From Mobula hypostoma (taxonomy: Eukaryota): a DNA stretch of 64,000 bases. Location: positions 37,264,001 through 37,328,000 of the forward strand of contig NC_086097.1 in assembly GCF_963921235.1 (NCBI RefSeq), read 5' to 3'. Each line of letters opens with the position of its first letter. The stretch's first letter is position 1. The position numbers and the translations under genes were made by a program. Below are positions 1 through 13,331 of this stretch, piece after piece. Below the pieces are notes generated by a model that ran no database searches, was not told the origin of the DNA, and saw only the letters and a list, made by a program, of their open reading frames with translations.

Positions 1-29
1 AGATGGAGAAGGAGTCTTCATTTCTGTTT

Positions 30-235
30 CCGTAACAATTTTGTTTGACCAGACAGGGTTGCTAACCCTGAGCTGAACCCCTGAACCTGGAGGATCAGTG
101 GACCACACACAGACTGACCTTTACCCTTTGACCTGTTTGGCATGGATGACCCTACACAGAGCCAAAGCATAAAGCCCTGACTCCAGCCAACATAGCTCTC
201 CATGTCATTGACAAGGTTGTGGTTCACTTGCAGGA
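30..235 (-). mobile_element. Interspersed repeat fragment, possibly the 5' UTR of an RTE-clade LINE
   Basis: The minus strand reads ccacaaccttgtc-aatgacatggagagctatg, resembling the RTE/BovB-type 5' motif as I recall it. No coding support. Confidence 0.3.
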
Positions 236-254
236 ATAACGATACCTGAGACTC

Positions 255-2136
255 TATAAGTCCATAAGACCCAGGAGCAGAATTAGGCCATTCAGCCCAT
301 CAAGTCTGCTCTGCCATTCTATCATGGCTGATCCCAGATCCCACTCAATCCCATACACCTGCCTTCTCGCCATATCCTTTGATGCCCTGACCAATCAGGA
401 AACTATCAAATTCTGCCTGAAATAGGTGCATGGGCTTGGCCTCCACCACAGTCTGTGGCACAGCATTCCACAGACCCACTACTCTTTGGCCTAAAAAATT
501 CCTCCTTACATCTGTTCAAAAAGGTCACCCTTCAATTTTGAGGCTGTGCCCTCTAGTTCTGGATACACCCTCCATAGGAAACATCCTCTCCTTATCTAGT
601 CCTTTCAACATTTAGTAGGTTTCAATGAAACACCCCTGCATTCTTCTAATTCCATTGAGTGCAGACCCAAAGTTGCCAAATGCTCCTCATCTATCAACCC
701 CTTCATTCCCAGAATCATCCTCGTGAACCCCCCTCTGGACCCTCTCCAATGAAAACACATACTTTCTGAGATAAGGGGCCCAGAATTGTTGACAATACTC
801 TAAGTGCGGCCTGATTAATGTCTTATAAAGGCTCAGCATTATCTCCTTGCTTTTATGTTCTATTCCCCTTGAAATAAATGCCAACATTGCGTTTGCCATC
901 TTTACCACAGACTCAGTCTGTAAATTAACCTTCTGGGAGTCTTGCATAAGGACTCCTAAGTCCCTCTGCACCTCTGATCTTTGAACCTTCTCTTCATTTA
1001 GATAATAGTCTACACTATTGCTCCTTTTACAAAAATGCATTACCATACATTTCCCAACACTGTATTCCATCTGCCACTTTTACGCCCATTCTTCCAATTC
1101 ATCTAAGTCCTACTGCAATTGCATTGCTTCCTCAGCACTACCAACCATTTCTTCTGTGGGACATATCTATCCTGCACCTTGTGAACTATTCGCAGAAACT
1201 TCAGTCATCTCTGCTCTGCCGTCACCCCCGCCAGTATCCTCTTACAATCCACCTGGGCAAGCTCCTCTCTCATGCCTCTGTAATTCCCTTTATTCTATTG
1301 AGATACTGATTCACCTAAAGTGCTTCTCCCTCTCAAACTGCAATATGAATTCAATCATATGATCACTGCTTCCTAAGGCTTCTTTACGTTAAGCTCCCTA
1401 ATAAGTTCTGAGTTATTACACAACACCCAAGCTAAGATAGTCCTTCCCCAAGCAGGCTCAAGTACAAGCTGCTCTAAAAATTCATCTCGTAGGCATTCAA
1501 CAAATTCCCTCTCTTTCAATCTGTCGCCAACCTGATTTTCCCAATTCCCTTGTTTTCCCATTACAATTGTGTCATTACCCTTATTACATGCCTTTTCCAG
1601 CTCCCTTTGCAATCTCAACCCCACATGTTGGCTACTATTTGGAGGTCTATATATGATACCCATAATGTTTTTTTTACCCTTGCAGTTTCTTAACTCCATC
1701 CACAAAGATTCAACAATCTCTGACCCTATGTCACCTCTTTCTAAAGATGTAATTCCATCTCTTACCAACACAGCCACGCCACCACCTATGCCTTCCTGCC
1801 TGTTCTTTCGATACAAAGTGTATCCTTTGATGTTAAGCTCCCAACTATGGCCTTCTTTCAGCCATGGCTCAGTGATGCCCACAACGTCATACCAACCAAT
1901 CTCTAATTGCACCAAGAGTTTGCCCACCTTATTCCAAATACTATGCGTGTTTAAACACAGCACCTTCATTCCTGCATTCTTCGCCCTTTTGAATTTTGCC
2001 TCTGCGGTACAACTTAACCAAATGCTCTGCATGCCTTTGTACCCACTCATTGGCTTGTCCTTCCTTACATTCATGTTACACCCATCATCTCCCTGTAAAC
2101 CTGCTGGCTCATCCTCAGCTTTATCATCCTGGTTCC
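255..2136 (-). mobile_element. CR1 LINE remnant with internal deletion (endonuclease part joined to RT C-terminus and 3' tail)
   Basis: ORF 1373..2176 has APE motifs (VVGITEPWL, GGGVAVLV, IYRPP). ORF 687..1070 has RDLGVL...LYKTLIRPHLEYC. (CCATAAGA)-type tail at about 255-270. Confidence 0.9.
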
Positions 2137-2585
2137 CAAAAAGAAATGCTCTCTCAGTAGACAATATGACAACCAAAAATCTCAGTTAAAAAGACATTCT
2201 GTCTGATGTAGATCTTGGATCCATGCACCCACATTTTCTTCTTAAATATCCCTTAAGTCCACCTAATTTCTCAACATATGTGTTGATCAACATACGCCAA
2301 TATTTCAATGATAATTAGAACTTAAATGCACAGGAGGAGTGATATGAATAATAAATTTTTGATTATTTATTTTTTTCTATTTAGCAAAATAATGCTTATT
2401 TTTATGTCCTAAGAAGGATGGAGCAAACCTTCTGACTTTTTGACTGGGACAAAAAAAAAATCTCATTCCAGCAATGCTGCCATCTCTCTGAACAATTCAT
2501 TCCAATGCAGAAGGTGAAAAAAAAGCCCATTGAAAACCAAGTTCCTGATATTCTAATCTAATATGTTGGCTCCTCTATGTATTTA

Positions 2586-2977
2586 CAGCACTGTGCAAAA
2601 GTCTTAGGCACCCTAGATTTTTAATTTCATTTCAGATATTATGGCCTCCACAGAAGCCTGATCTCAACATCATCGAGACTCTCTGCAATTACCTGGAGAG
2701 ACAGAAGCAAGCAAGACAGCCGAAGTCTGCAATTAAACTGTGGCAAGTTCTCCAAGATGCTTGGAACAATCTACTGGCCAACTTTCTTATAAAACTGCCC
2801 AATTGTGTACCTAAGAGAATTGATCCAATTTTAAAGGCAAAGGGCACTCAAATGCTTTACTGTTTACTGCTTTTTATAGTAATTTTTTGACATTGAAAAA
2901 CTTTTCATTTCATTACTTTGGAAGCATCTTCACTTTACATATTTTTTACATGTGTCTAAGACTTTTACACAGTACTG
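2586..2977 (+). mobile_element. Internally deleted Tc1/mariner transposon
   Basis: TA-flanked TIRs CAGCACTGTGCAAAAGTCTTAGGCAC / GTGTCTAAGACTTTTACACAGTACTG. Internal tggcctccacagaagcctgatctcaacatcatcgag is a frameshifted WPPQSPDLNIIE motif. Confidence 0.85.
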
Positions 2978-4157
2978 TAACTTACTACGAAAGGAACTTT
3001 TTTTATAAAGAATTTTAGTGAATGGTCTACTAACAGACGAACATTTGAATGGCACTGTCCTACGCCTATTGCAGCCTTAACCACCCATAAAATATATTTA
3101 TTCAGGGCTTTAAAAAATGTAACAGGAAACTCCACATCATCAAGTGAAGATATATAAGTACCTCACAAAAAGAGCAGAGAATGATAGAAATGACAACATT
3201 AGTAAAGTTTAGATGAAGCTGAGGAAGTATTTTTGGAAGAGTATCTGAAGGAATCTGGAATGTGAAGTATATTCTGCTTTCAAACTCTTGAAGACAACCA
3301 AATGTACCACAATATATTTCTCTAGTCCGATAAATAACCATGGTTCTGTATTCTGTCCCACTATGATGCTTCATCGTACTACGTGGTTCTTCTTTCGATC
3401 TTATGTATTGTTGTTTGTAGCTTTGTATTTAAATTCTTACTGATTATTTTTGTTCTGCAGTTCTTTAATTTATGTCTACTTCCTCTCTGAACACTTTTAT
3501 CCACTTTAAAGAAGAACATGTTGTTCCTCAAGGGGTGATTCTTGAGACTATCAATCTGTGATGTGAATGATAATTAATATCATTGAAAAGACCAATCATA
3601 TCCCCACCTAAATGCATTTGAAAATACTTTCCAGGGGGAGTCTTGTTGCTTTGTTATTCCTTGGGTCAAAAGACTGTAAGGCTGATATCAAGCTGCATTG
3701 TACTGACATCCATTTACATTCATTTATACAGATCAATTACATATTATTCTTATCAAGTGACTTATTGAGTAAACCGTATTTAATTACTTCTGTTTGGTTG
3801 CAGATCTTTTTTTCCAAAATGCATACAAAGTAGGGCCAAATCGCAGTTATATAGTTAAATAAGGATATGATTTTCATTTGGATTTCTAACATTTCATGGT
3901 TTTCCTTCCACACTGTGAAAAAAAAGTACAGTATGATGTGTCTCAGGACTCCTCTATTCATTTTTCAGTATCTGGGCATTATTGGCATAGCCCTTTGGGA
4001 ACATGATGATACCTTAATGGCTTAACTTGTTAGTTTAGAGTGCATTTTTAAGTGACAATCACATAGAGTGAAACGATAGGTAAAAGCAAATAAGGATAAC
4101 AGATTCTTGGGATCATCATTATTATGAAAAGCTGTTGTTACAATAATAGATTATTGA

Positions 4158-6177
4158 AGTCATAGAGTCAGAGAACACGACAGCACAGAAAAAGACCTTT
4201 CAGCCTAACTAGTCCATACCAAACCACTATTCTTCCCGGACCTATCAATCTGCACAAAGGCCATGACCTCCAGTTGCTGTCTCACCCAACATCAGTGTAA
4301 AAGTCCACCTATACCCTTCAGAATTGTCCATGCCTCTATCAAACCTCCTTCAATCTTCTACATTCTAGGGAATAATGAGCTACCTATTCATCCTTTCCCT
4401 GTAACTCTGGTCCTCAAGTCCCGACAACATCCTTGTACATTTTCTCTTCAATTTTATTTACATCTTTCCTGTAGGTAGGTGACCAAAACTATACACAATA
4501 CTTCAAGTTAGGACTCACCAATGTCTTCTACAATTTCAACATAACATCCCATCTCCTGTACTCAATGTGCCCTTAGGTGTCTCCTTCACCTTAACTGCTA
4601 GAGCAACCTATGGCCCTTTTTTTAGCCCCCCTGATTTCGCTCTTAAGAGTTCCCTTGCATTTCTTATACTCTATAAGCACCCCATTTATTCCTACCTGCC
4701 TATACCTGCAATGCACCTCCTTCATTTTCTTAACCAAGGCCTCAATATCTCTTGAAAACCAAGGTTCCCAAAATCTGTTATCTATGCCTTTTATTCTGAC
4801 AGGAACAGACGATCTCTGTATGTCTCAAAAATTTACTTTTGAAGGCCTTCCACTTATCAAGTACACCTTTGCCAGAAAACAACCTGCCCCAAATCCACAC
4901 TTGCCACATCCTTTCTTTCTCCAATTTAGAATCTCAACCTGAGGACTAGACCTATCCTTTTCCATAATTATTTGGAAACTAATACCATTATGATCACTAG
5001 ATGAAAAGGGTTCCCCTATTCAAACTTCTTTCACCTGCCCTGTATCATTCCCTAATAAGAGATTTAGTATCACACCCTCTGTAATTGGGACTTCAAAGTA
5101 CTGATGAGGGAAACTTTCCTGAACACATTTGTCAGACTCTTTCCCATCCAGCCCTTTTATACTATGGGAGTCCCAGTCAATATATAAAAAATTAAAATCA
5201 CCTACCATCACAAACTTGTGTTCCTTTCTATAGTCTGCAATCTCTCTACAAATTTGCTTCTCTAAATCCCACAGAGTGTTGGGTGGTCTATTATATAATC
5301 CCATTAATGTGGTCATACCTTTATTATTCCTCTGCACTATCCCTCATTACTGAACACAACAAGTTCTACCCATGAAGGCTCACTAGACGAGCTCCCCAGT
5401 CTGTCCTTTCTGAGCACTGCCATGACATTTTCCCTGACTAGTAATGCCACTGTTCCCCCTCTAATCCCTCCTGCTCTATCATACCTAAAACAACAGAGTC
5501 CTTGAACATTGAGGTGCCAGAACTGCCCTTCCTGCAATCAAATCTCACTATTGGCTCCAATGTCATAATTCCCCGTGCTGATCCATGGCCTAAGCTCATC
5601 ATCTTTCCTACAATACTCCTTGCATTGAAATATACAGCTCTGATCATGAGTCTCACCAGGCTGAACCTACTGATTCCTGACGTTGTATGTACGCTTAATA
5701 ATGTCTTCCTCCACAACTACTCCACTATCTGTTCTGGCGTTCTGGTTCCCATCCACCTGAGACTCAAGTTTAAATCCCATACCCCTCCATGCAGCGCTAA
5801 CAAACCTTCCCACTAGGATATCTCTTCCCTTCCAGTTCAGGTGCAAACTGTCTCTTCTCTACATATCCCACCTTTCCTGAAGATAGTCCAATCATCCAAA
5901 ATTCTGCAGCCCTCTCTCCTGCACCATCTCCTTAGCCACGTGTTAAGCTGTAAGATCTTTCTATGTCTGGCCTCCCTACCACATGGTACACATAGTAATC
6001 CTGAGTTCACAGCCCTGGAGGTCCTATCCTTTAACTTAGTACCTCACTCCCTGAACTCACTTTGCAGGACCTCACCACCCCTATTATCCGTGTTATTGGT
6101 ACTGACATAGACAACGACCTCTGACTGCTCACCCTCCACTTAAGAATGCCGTAGACTCGATCCAAGTTGTCCATGAC
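4158..6177 (-). mobile_element. Old fragmented CR1 LINE (3' end, endonuclease and ORF1 pieces)
   Basis: ORFs 5020..5337, 5337..5537 and 5438..5716 carry YFNARSI, GGTVALLV, YNRPPN and VGDFN endonuclease motifs. CR1 3' tail near 4160. Confidence 0.8.
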
Positions 6178-7266
6178 ATAAGAACATAAGAACACAAGAA
6201 ATAGGAGCAGGAGTAGGCCATCTGACCCGTCGAGCCTGCCCCACCATTCAGTAAGATCATGGCTGATCTGTCTGTAAACTCAGCTCCATCTACCCACCTT
6301 TTCCCCATAACCCTTAATTCCCTTACTATGTAAAAACCTATCTCTCTGTTTCTTAAACATATTTAGTGAAGAAGCCTCAACTGCTTCCCAGGGCAGAGAA
6401 TTCCACAGATTTACCACTCTCTGGGAAAAACAGTTTCTCCTAATCTCCATCTTAAATCTTCTCCCCTGAATCTTGAGGCAATATCCCCTAGTTCAAGTCT
6501 CACCTACCAATGGAAACAACTTTCCTACTTCTATCTTATCTATCCCTTTCAAAATTTTGTTTGTTTCTATAAGATCCCCTCTCATTCTTCTGAACTCCAG
6601 AGAGTATAGTCCCAGGCGACCCAATCTCTCCTCATAGGTTAACCCCTTCATCCCTGGAATCAACCTGGTGAACCTCCTCTGCACTGCCTCCAAAGCCAGT
6701 ATATCCTTCTTCAAGTATGGAGACCAGAACTGCACACAGTACTCCAGGTGCGGCCTCACCAGTGCCCTGTATAGTTGCAGCATGACCTCACTGCTCTTGA
6801 ATTCAATCCCTCTAGTAATGAAGGCCAGCATTCTGTTTGCCTTCTTAATAACCGTTGTACCTGCAAGCCAACTTTTTGCAATTCATGCACAAGCACTCCC
6901 AAGTCCCTCTGCACAACAGCATGCTGCAATTTTTCACCATTTAAATAATAATCTGCCCTTCTATTACTCCTTCCAAAGTTATTGATCTCACATTTACCAA
7001 CATTGTATTCCATCTGTCAGACCTTGGCCCACTCACTTAACCTATCTATATCTCTCTTCAGACTCTCCACATCCTCTGTACAATTTGCTTTCCCACTCGG
7101 TTTAGTGTCATCAGCAAATTTTGCTACACTACACTCAGTCCCCTCTTCCAAATCATCAGTGTAAATGGTGAACAGCTGCAGGCCCAGCACTGACCCCTGA
7201 GGCACCCCACTCACCAAAAACTGCCAACTGGAGAAACACCCATTTATACCAACTCTCTGCCTTCTC
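6178..7266 (-). mobile_element. 5'-truncated CR1 LINE (RT C-terminus and 3' UTR) inserted into the ORF1 region of an older CR1
   Basis: (AACATAAG)n tail at about 6178-6200. [17 protein letters not shown] and [17 protein letters not shown] motifs. Confidence 0.92.
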
Positions 7267-7690
7267 CTGACCCTGGAACCCTGAAGGCAACATACCATCC
7301 GGGAATCTTGTTCTCATCCACAGAAGCTTCCTTCTGTTCCCCTAACCAATGAATCCCCTATCACTACAACTCACTTCTTCTCCCCCTTTCCTTTCTGAGC
7401 CACAGAGCTGGACTCAGTGCAAGAGACCCAACTGCTGTGACTTTCCTCTGTTAGATCATACAACCCCACACCCCAACAGTATCCAAAGCTAAATAGCCAC
7501 AGGGGTTCTCTGCACTGGCTGCCTATCCCCTTTTTCCCTCCTGATGGCCAGCCAGTTACCTGTGTCCTGCACCTTGGGTGTAACTACCTCCCTGTATGTT
7601 CTGTCTATCAACCGCTCAGCCTCCCGAGTGATCCTGAGTTCATCCGGTTCCAGCTCCATCTCCCTAACACAGATCGTTAGAAGCTGCTGT
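7267..7690 (-). mobile_element. Continuation of the older CR1 ORF1 region
   Basis: Resumes the sequence type interrupted at 6177 (ctgaccctgg...) and is similar to 37770-38160. Confidence 0.6.
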
Positions 7691-9427
7691 TCTTCACTAA
7701 ATTTAAATTTGAATTGTTCCCATGGTAGGATATGAACTGTGGACTGTCAGACCAGGTCTCTGGATTACAAGTGGGTAGGTTAACTATTGTGCTATCACAA
7801 TAACCATGATGCCACTGATATAGATCATATATTTTAAAATTTGAATATTTATTTGATTTCTTTTAATTTGAATTTGCAAATTAATGTTATTGTCATTTTC
7901 AACATTACCGACATTTTCAAGTTCAAGTTTATCGTCATGCAACCATACACATATATATGTTCAAACGAAACAACTTTCCTCCTAACCAAGGCACACAACA
8001 CAGTATATATAATTCTCACAATAACACATTGAATAATCTTATCACTAGTAAATCAATAAGATGCATTTGCAACACAAGTTAAAAAGTAAACAGAATAACA
8101 CTACTGGCACTTTCATGCATTATAAACTGGGTGGAAGCAGGGAATTCAGTAATTTTCTTTCTGCCTGATATGGCAATTTGTTTTTGCATCTCTAAGTCAA
8201 AGAGTATGTATTATTTCAAAATCTAGGAATAATAGTTTCCTGTCTTTTTGTCTCTTGAACTTGTGTGTACTTGTGCTTGTTATAGTGCAGAAGGAATTTC
8301 GGTTTTAGTTGTTTCATTATCTTCACTTCCTTATTCTGTCCAACATCATTCTCCTTCTGATTCTACTCTTTTCACATTTCCTTTCTTTGACAGTTTCACC
8401 ATGTCATAAGACCATCAGACATAGCAGCAGATTTAGGCCATTCAGCCCATTGAGCCTTCTCCACCGTTCCATGATGGCTGAAATATCCCATTTGTGCTGC
8501 TCAAAACCTTGTCCAAATGTGCGCCTCACACGCAAAACGCTAGCAGAATTCAGCAGGCGAGGCAGCGTCTATGTAGGAAAATGGACAATTGACTTTGCCG
8601 AGCACAGAAGGGTCCAATGTTCCAGAATTCCAGCAATGGCAGTATCTCTTATGTCTCCAAGTGTGAACCTCAGATTGCCAGGTAAAACCTCACCGTCGTC
8701 AAAATATTTGACCTGCATGCTGAGTTTGTTTAATGACAATCAAGAGCAGTTTCCAGCACGTTTTTATTTTATGAACTATGAGACCCATGCCCATAACTTT
8801 ATCAATGTGGCAAACTCAGGTAACTGCATACAGGTCTAGGATCAAACCTAAAATCAAGCTAATTTGTCATGCTTAGAGAGCACATCCACCTGGAAACCCC
8901 TGGATTCACCTTGCAGCTGACAAAAAAAAAGAAGGTATAGCATTGTTTTCTCTTCATACAAGGTAGGCAGCATTTGTTTCCTTTACACAGCTCAGCTAAA
9001 ACAACTGGCAGACTTGATTTCTGCCATTTAGGATGAACTGATAACCACTGAACAGAAATAATCATTTTATACTTACCCTATTTTGCTCAGATAAAAAAAT
9101 ATAGAAACATTAAAAATCTGAAATGAAAGGCAAGTAGACAGCAGATTAACCGGCCTTTGAAATTTAACACCATAACGAGGGGGACTCAGGTTCTGCGGAG
9201 TCTGGGTGAGCATGAGAAATGCTAATCCAGCTTTCCTATTCATGTGCTGGTCAATCTGATGTGCCTTTCCGGCAGTCTTTAGTTTGACATTCCTTTAAGT
9301 ATTTGCCCACACTTGGTAAAAAGAATGTGCTCCAACATTACTTCGTTTCCAAAGTAAATGGGACAGGATTAGTTTTTAACCACAGATGAATTCAATTAAT
9401 TAACCAAGATTAGACAATTTAAACACA

Positions 9428-9737
9428 GGTGCCACGGTAGCATTGCGGTTAGTGTGTTGCTAGTCCGGCTCAGGGCGTTTTGGAGTTCAGAGTTCAGAGT
9501 TCAATTCTGGCATTGTTCTGTAAGGAGGTTCTGTGTGCCCTTTTTGTGGAATTAATCAGTTTTACCCCGGGTACTCCGGTTTCCTCCCACAGTCCAAAGG
9601 TGTATCAGGTAGATTAAGTAGTCATTATAAATTGTCCCATGACTGGGTTAGGGTTAATCGGGGTTGTGGGGCTGTAGGGGCGGTGTGGCTCGAATGTCTG
9701 GAAGGGCCTACTCCATGTTGTATTGCTAAATAAATAA
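9428..9737 (+). mobile_element. V-domain SINE (HE1-like)
   Basis: tRNA-like head, V-domain core ccgggtactccggtttcctcccacagtccaaag, and (TAAA)n tail. Confidence 0.75.
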
Positions 9738-11329
9738 ATCAATCCTAAATATTCTAGCTTTCTCAGTAAGAAAAATAGGGACTAGCTCAACTGCATTGGA
9801 TCTTATCAATGTTTGTTCTTTCGTTTTAAACATCCTTAGCTATCACTAAAGATTAATCTGAAATAGCCTATTACTAAGATTGCTGTCAGTTGATGTTGAT
9901 TGATTTGGGTTTGCTCTTGCACAAACTTTTGATCTTCCAAATGTTATGTGCTGGCTTGACTACAGAACAATTGTCTGGGAATTGTCAAATGCCATTTCAT
10001 TTTATGGCAGCTGTGACTTGAACATACAATGTGGATGACAGATACAGTTTCTTTCTTTGATATTGTTAATTCAAACTGTGGTAGCTAATTATACATTGAA
10101 AGGAATCATACATTTTTCCCATCTGTCAATGTACTTAGATTGGTACAATCTCACTTTGCTTCCAGATACCTACTGGATCTAAATTATAATATGCCTCACT
10201 CACATTTTGTTTTGTTTCTACAGCCTAATTAAGAAAAAAAATCCTTAGTATTTGCTGACTTGAAATTACTTTGCCAGTTAAGATGTTACACTGTTACATC
10301 CACTTCAGAAAGTAACTGAATCTTGAATGGTGTTACTGTATACAGTACATGCACATCACTTCTTTTCTTTATAAGATGATTTTTAATTTCTTGAACCAAA
10401 GTTAAGCATCTGCTATCTATTCATTTCCTTAGACATCGCCTGACCTGCTGAGTTCCTCCAGCACCTTGTGTGTGATGCTCTGGATTTCCAGCACCTGCAG
10501 ACTTTCTCATATTTAAAATTTAAGCATTTTCCAAAAAAAGTTTGTAATTTCTATAAATAACGTGCAAAAAAAAGCACATTTTATGTTGATTTTGGTTCTT
10601 AAATATAGACAATTTCCTAACAATTAATTAGAAATGTGTCCAAATTAGATGGCTTATGACAACAAAAAACGTGGAAGAAAGGATATTTGTGATACCAATG
10701 CCATAATTTTAATTTTTAAAAAGTTATTGAATTTCATAAATGAAAACAATGGCAACATTTCAAAAGTACCTAGTTTCACCAGCAAAGCTCTTTGGGACAG
10801 TGTGATGTTTTACTGCAATTTCTTCATTTTTTAATGTCGGAGGACAGGATTTTACTTTGCAAAACATATTTTGGATGATGGAAATCTGATATAAAAGAGA
10901 AAATTATGAAAACGCAACATTACGTCAGGCAGAATCTGATTGACAAGAATCATTTCTTTGTAGATAACTAATATCTCATCAAAACTGAGATTTGAATTTG
11001 TAAGACAAATAAAATTGTAAACTTCAAAGGAAAAAACAAATAGCCTTCATATTTGCACCTTCCACCATCATGAAGTCCATGATTTTTGCAAATGTTATGT
11101 GCTGCTATCCTCTGAGGGAGAAGAAAATGAATCTCACACTCATGGAGCAAGATACTAAGATTTCCTGAAAGAAGCAGGATGTTCCAAAGTGTGAATTATT
11201 GTTAAAATTCCTGACACCTTTAGTCCTATTCTGTGGTTGTATGTGAGCCTGCAACATGTAGCGTATCTTGAAGAAGTAAAAGAAGCCAATAGGTATCAAG
11301 CATCAACCTTTACTAAGATGCATATGGCT

Positions 11330-11532
11330 GGCTGGTGGTGTAGTGGCATTTGCACCAGTCTTTGAGGTGAATGGTCCCAGATTCGAATCCGGCCGGCTCA
11401 TTGAACTCTTTCCATCTGTGCTGGATTGAGAGTCAAGCTAGCAAATCAGCCTCACAAAAAAAAACCAGACAAATGCTAAAGGAACGGCAGGGTCGCCACC
11501 CGATGCACCACAACATGTGGAGAGGAGCAAAA
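11330..11532 (+). mobile_element. tRNA-derived SINE
   Basis: A-box TGGTGTAGTGG and B-box GATTCGAATCC followed by an unrelated body. No full cloverleaf. Confidence 0.55.
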
Positions 11533-12261
11533 TAAAAGATGCATATAACTGCACCCAAAACATTCACAATGAACAGAGCCCTTTTGCCAAAGAACCCCCT
11601 GAAGGCAAACCTTCTCTTTATTGCCCCAATTAGGATTGCAACAAGAAAAATTTTAACTAGTGCCTTTACATAGTGCAGCAAAAGTCTTTGGCTAAAGTTT
11701 TTACCTCTCTTCTACCACATCTTCCTGTGGTTTTCAGAAACAGTATTGAAGTCTAAAGTACAAAGTCATTCTAAAGAACCAAGAACCCTACAAACCTGTA
11801 CCAACAAATTATAAACAAATGACGTTTCATTTAAATAACTCAAATAAATTGTAGATAAAGGAGGACTTCATTCTGCAACTAAACTTTGAGTGTTATGATA
11901 TGAGCATATTGGATTAGATGTTTTGTTGATGTCCAATTTGTCAAATCAACATCTTTCAAAGACTGGCCTGGTGATTTTCCTGCATTCATACAAACGCCTT
12001 TCACAGCATGCTAATGACATGAATCATTCAACGGTAGGTCATGTTCTCATTGCACAGCAAACCAGCACCTCTAAAACAACAATGGGTGTTCTGAATATGA
12101 ACGTATGCCCCCTGGAATGTTCAGCATCCCTAGCAATTGGTTTGTAGCATTACAGGCACAATCTTGAGAATCTACCTCATCTTTCAGTCAAATCAGTTCA
12201 GAAAAATCAAAATGAAAACTGAATAATACTAATACATGCAGAACAATTTAAAATACACAGT

Positions 12262-12901
12262 CACGAGGAAATCTGCAGGTGCTGGAATTTCAAGCAACAC
12301 ACATCAAAGTTGCTGGTGAACGCAGCAAGCCAGGCAGCATCTCTAGGAAGAGGTACAGTCGACGTTTCGGGCCGAGACCCTTCATCAGGACTAACTGAAG
12401 GAAGAGCTAGTAAGAGATTTGAAAGTGGGAGGGGGAGGGGGAGCAAAATGTGGTCGAAAAGTTGAAGAGCCGAAGAAATTACAGATGGGGAGCAGTGAGA
12501 GATGGATTCACTGAACTCCTGAAGAGAAGATTTAAACTTCTTCAGTGTAGGCATCACGGAAGAGGCTTCGCAGTAGTGAATTTAAAAACGTAAACACGAG
12601 GAATTCTGCAGATGCTGGAAATTCAAGCAACACACATCAAAGTTGCTGGTGAACGCAGCAGGCCAGGCAGCATCTCTTCGACAGGAGTTCAGTGAAACCA
12701 TCTCTCACTGCTCCCCATCTGTAATTTCTTCGGCTCTTCAACTTTTCGACCACATTTTGCTCCCCTTCCCGTTCCCACTTTCAAATCTCTTACTAGCTCT
12801 TCCTTCAGTTAGACCTGATGAAGGGTCTCGGCCTGAAACATCGACTGTACCTCTTCCTAGAGATGCTGCCTGGCCTGCTGCATTCACCAGCAACTTTTAT
12901 G
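12262..12901. mobile_element. Non-autonomous Penelope-like element with tandem + inverted arms and 13-bp TSD
   Basis: TSD TAAAATACACAGT at 12249-12261 and 12902-12914. Minus-oriented unit with period 333 nt (12262 vs 12595), then an inverted copy at about 12678-12901. Terminal sequence is shared with the PLE at 38563-40248. Confidence 0.88.
12357..12392 (-). ncRNA. Minimal type I hammerhead ribozyme motif (PLE-associated)
   Basis: AGUC-CUGAUGA-A-GGGU CUCG GCCC-GAAA-CGUC-GACU: intact core, stem I AGUC/GACU, stem II with tetraloop, palindromic ACGU stem III, GUC cleavage triplet. Confidence 0.75.
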
Positions 12902-13331
12902 TAAAATACACAGTACATGGGTAACATTTTACTATCAAATAATAAATTCTGACTCATGCCTTGCATATCTCAATAACATTTACTGAGCAGTAAACACCAT
13001 TCACAAATCACTACCTTTACAAACTATGACCTTGTTAAAATACAATTTACATAATATTGATGCAATCCTTTACATGTGCAGTTTTCTAAACATGTTTTAA
13101 ATGATTTATAGCTTCTTCCTCCATCACTATTGGAAGTAAAATGTCAGTCTGAATGCACAGGTAATATTAGACATCATACTAAATATTATCAATTGATGTC
13201 TACTGAAGGTGATAATATTTAATCACATTCAGTAGCACGGTACCTGAATATTAAGAAATATCAAACTCAATGTTTTGTTGCAATATAGAAATAGTTCATG
13301 TGGCCCATCAAATATATGCCAGACTCTAGAG

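Noticed and set aside
1569..2189. 206-aa plus-strand ORF and many similar 60-200-aa ORFs
   Set aside because: Antisense or off-frame readings of CR1, PLE and Gypsy sequence.
8309..8839. 176-aa ORF
   Set aside because: Runs across fragments of CR1 tail and PLE tail in AT-rich DNA, with a TTG start and no domain.
11330..11400. Possible tRNA genes (also near 9430, 25755, 40515)
   Set aside because: Only A/B boxes without a complete cloverleaf, followed by SINE bodies.
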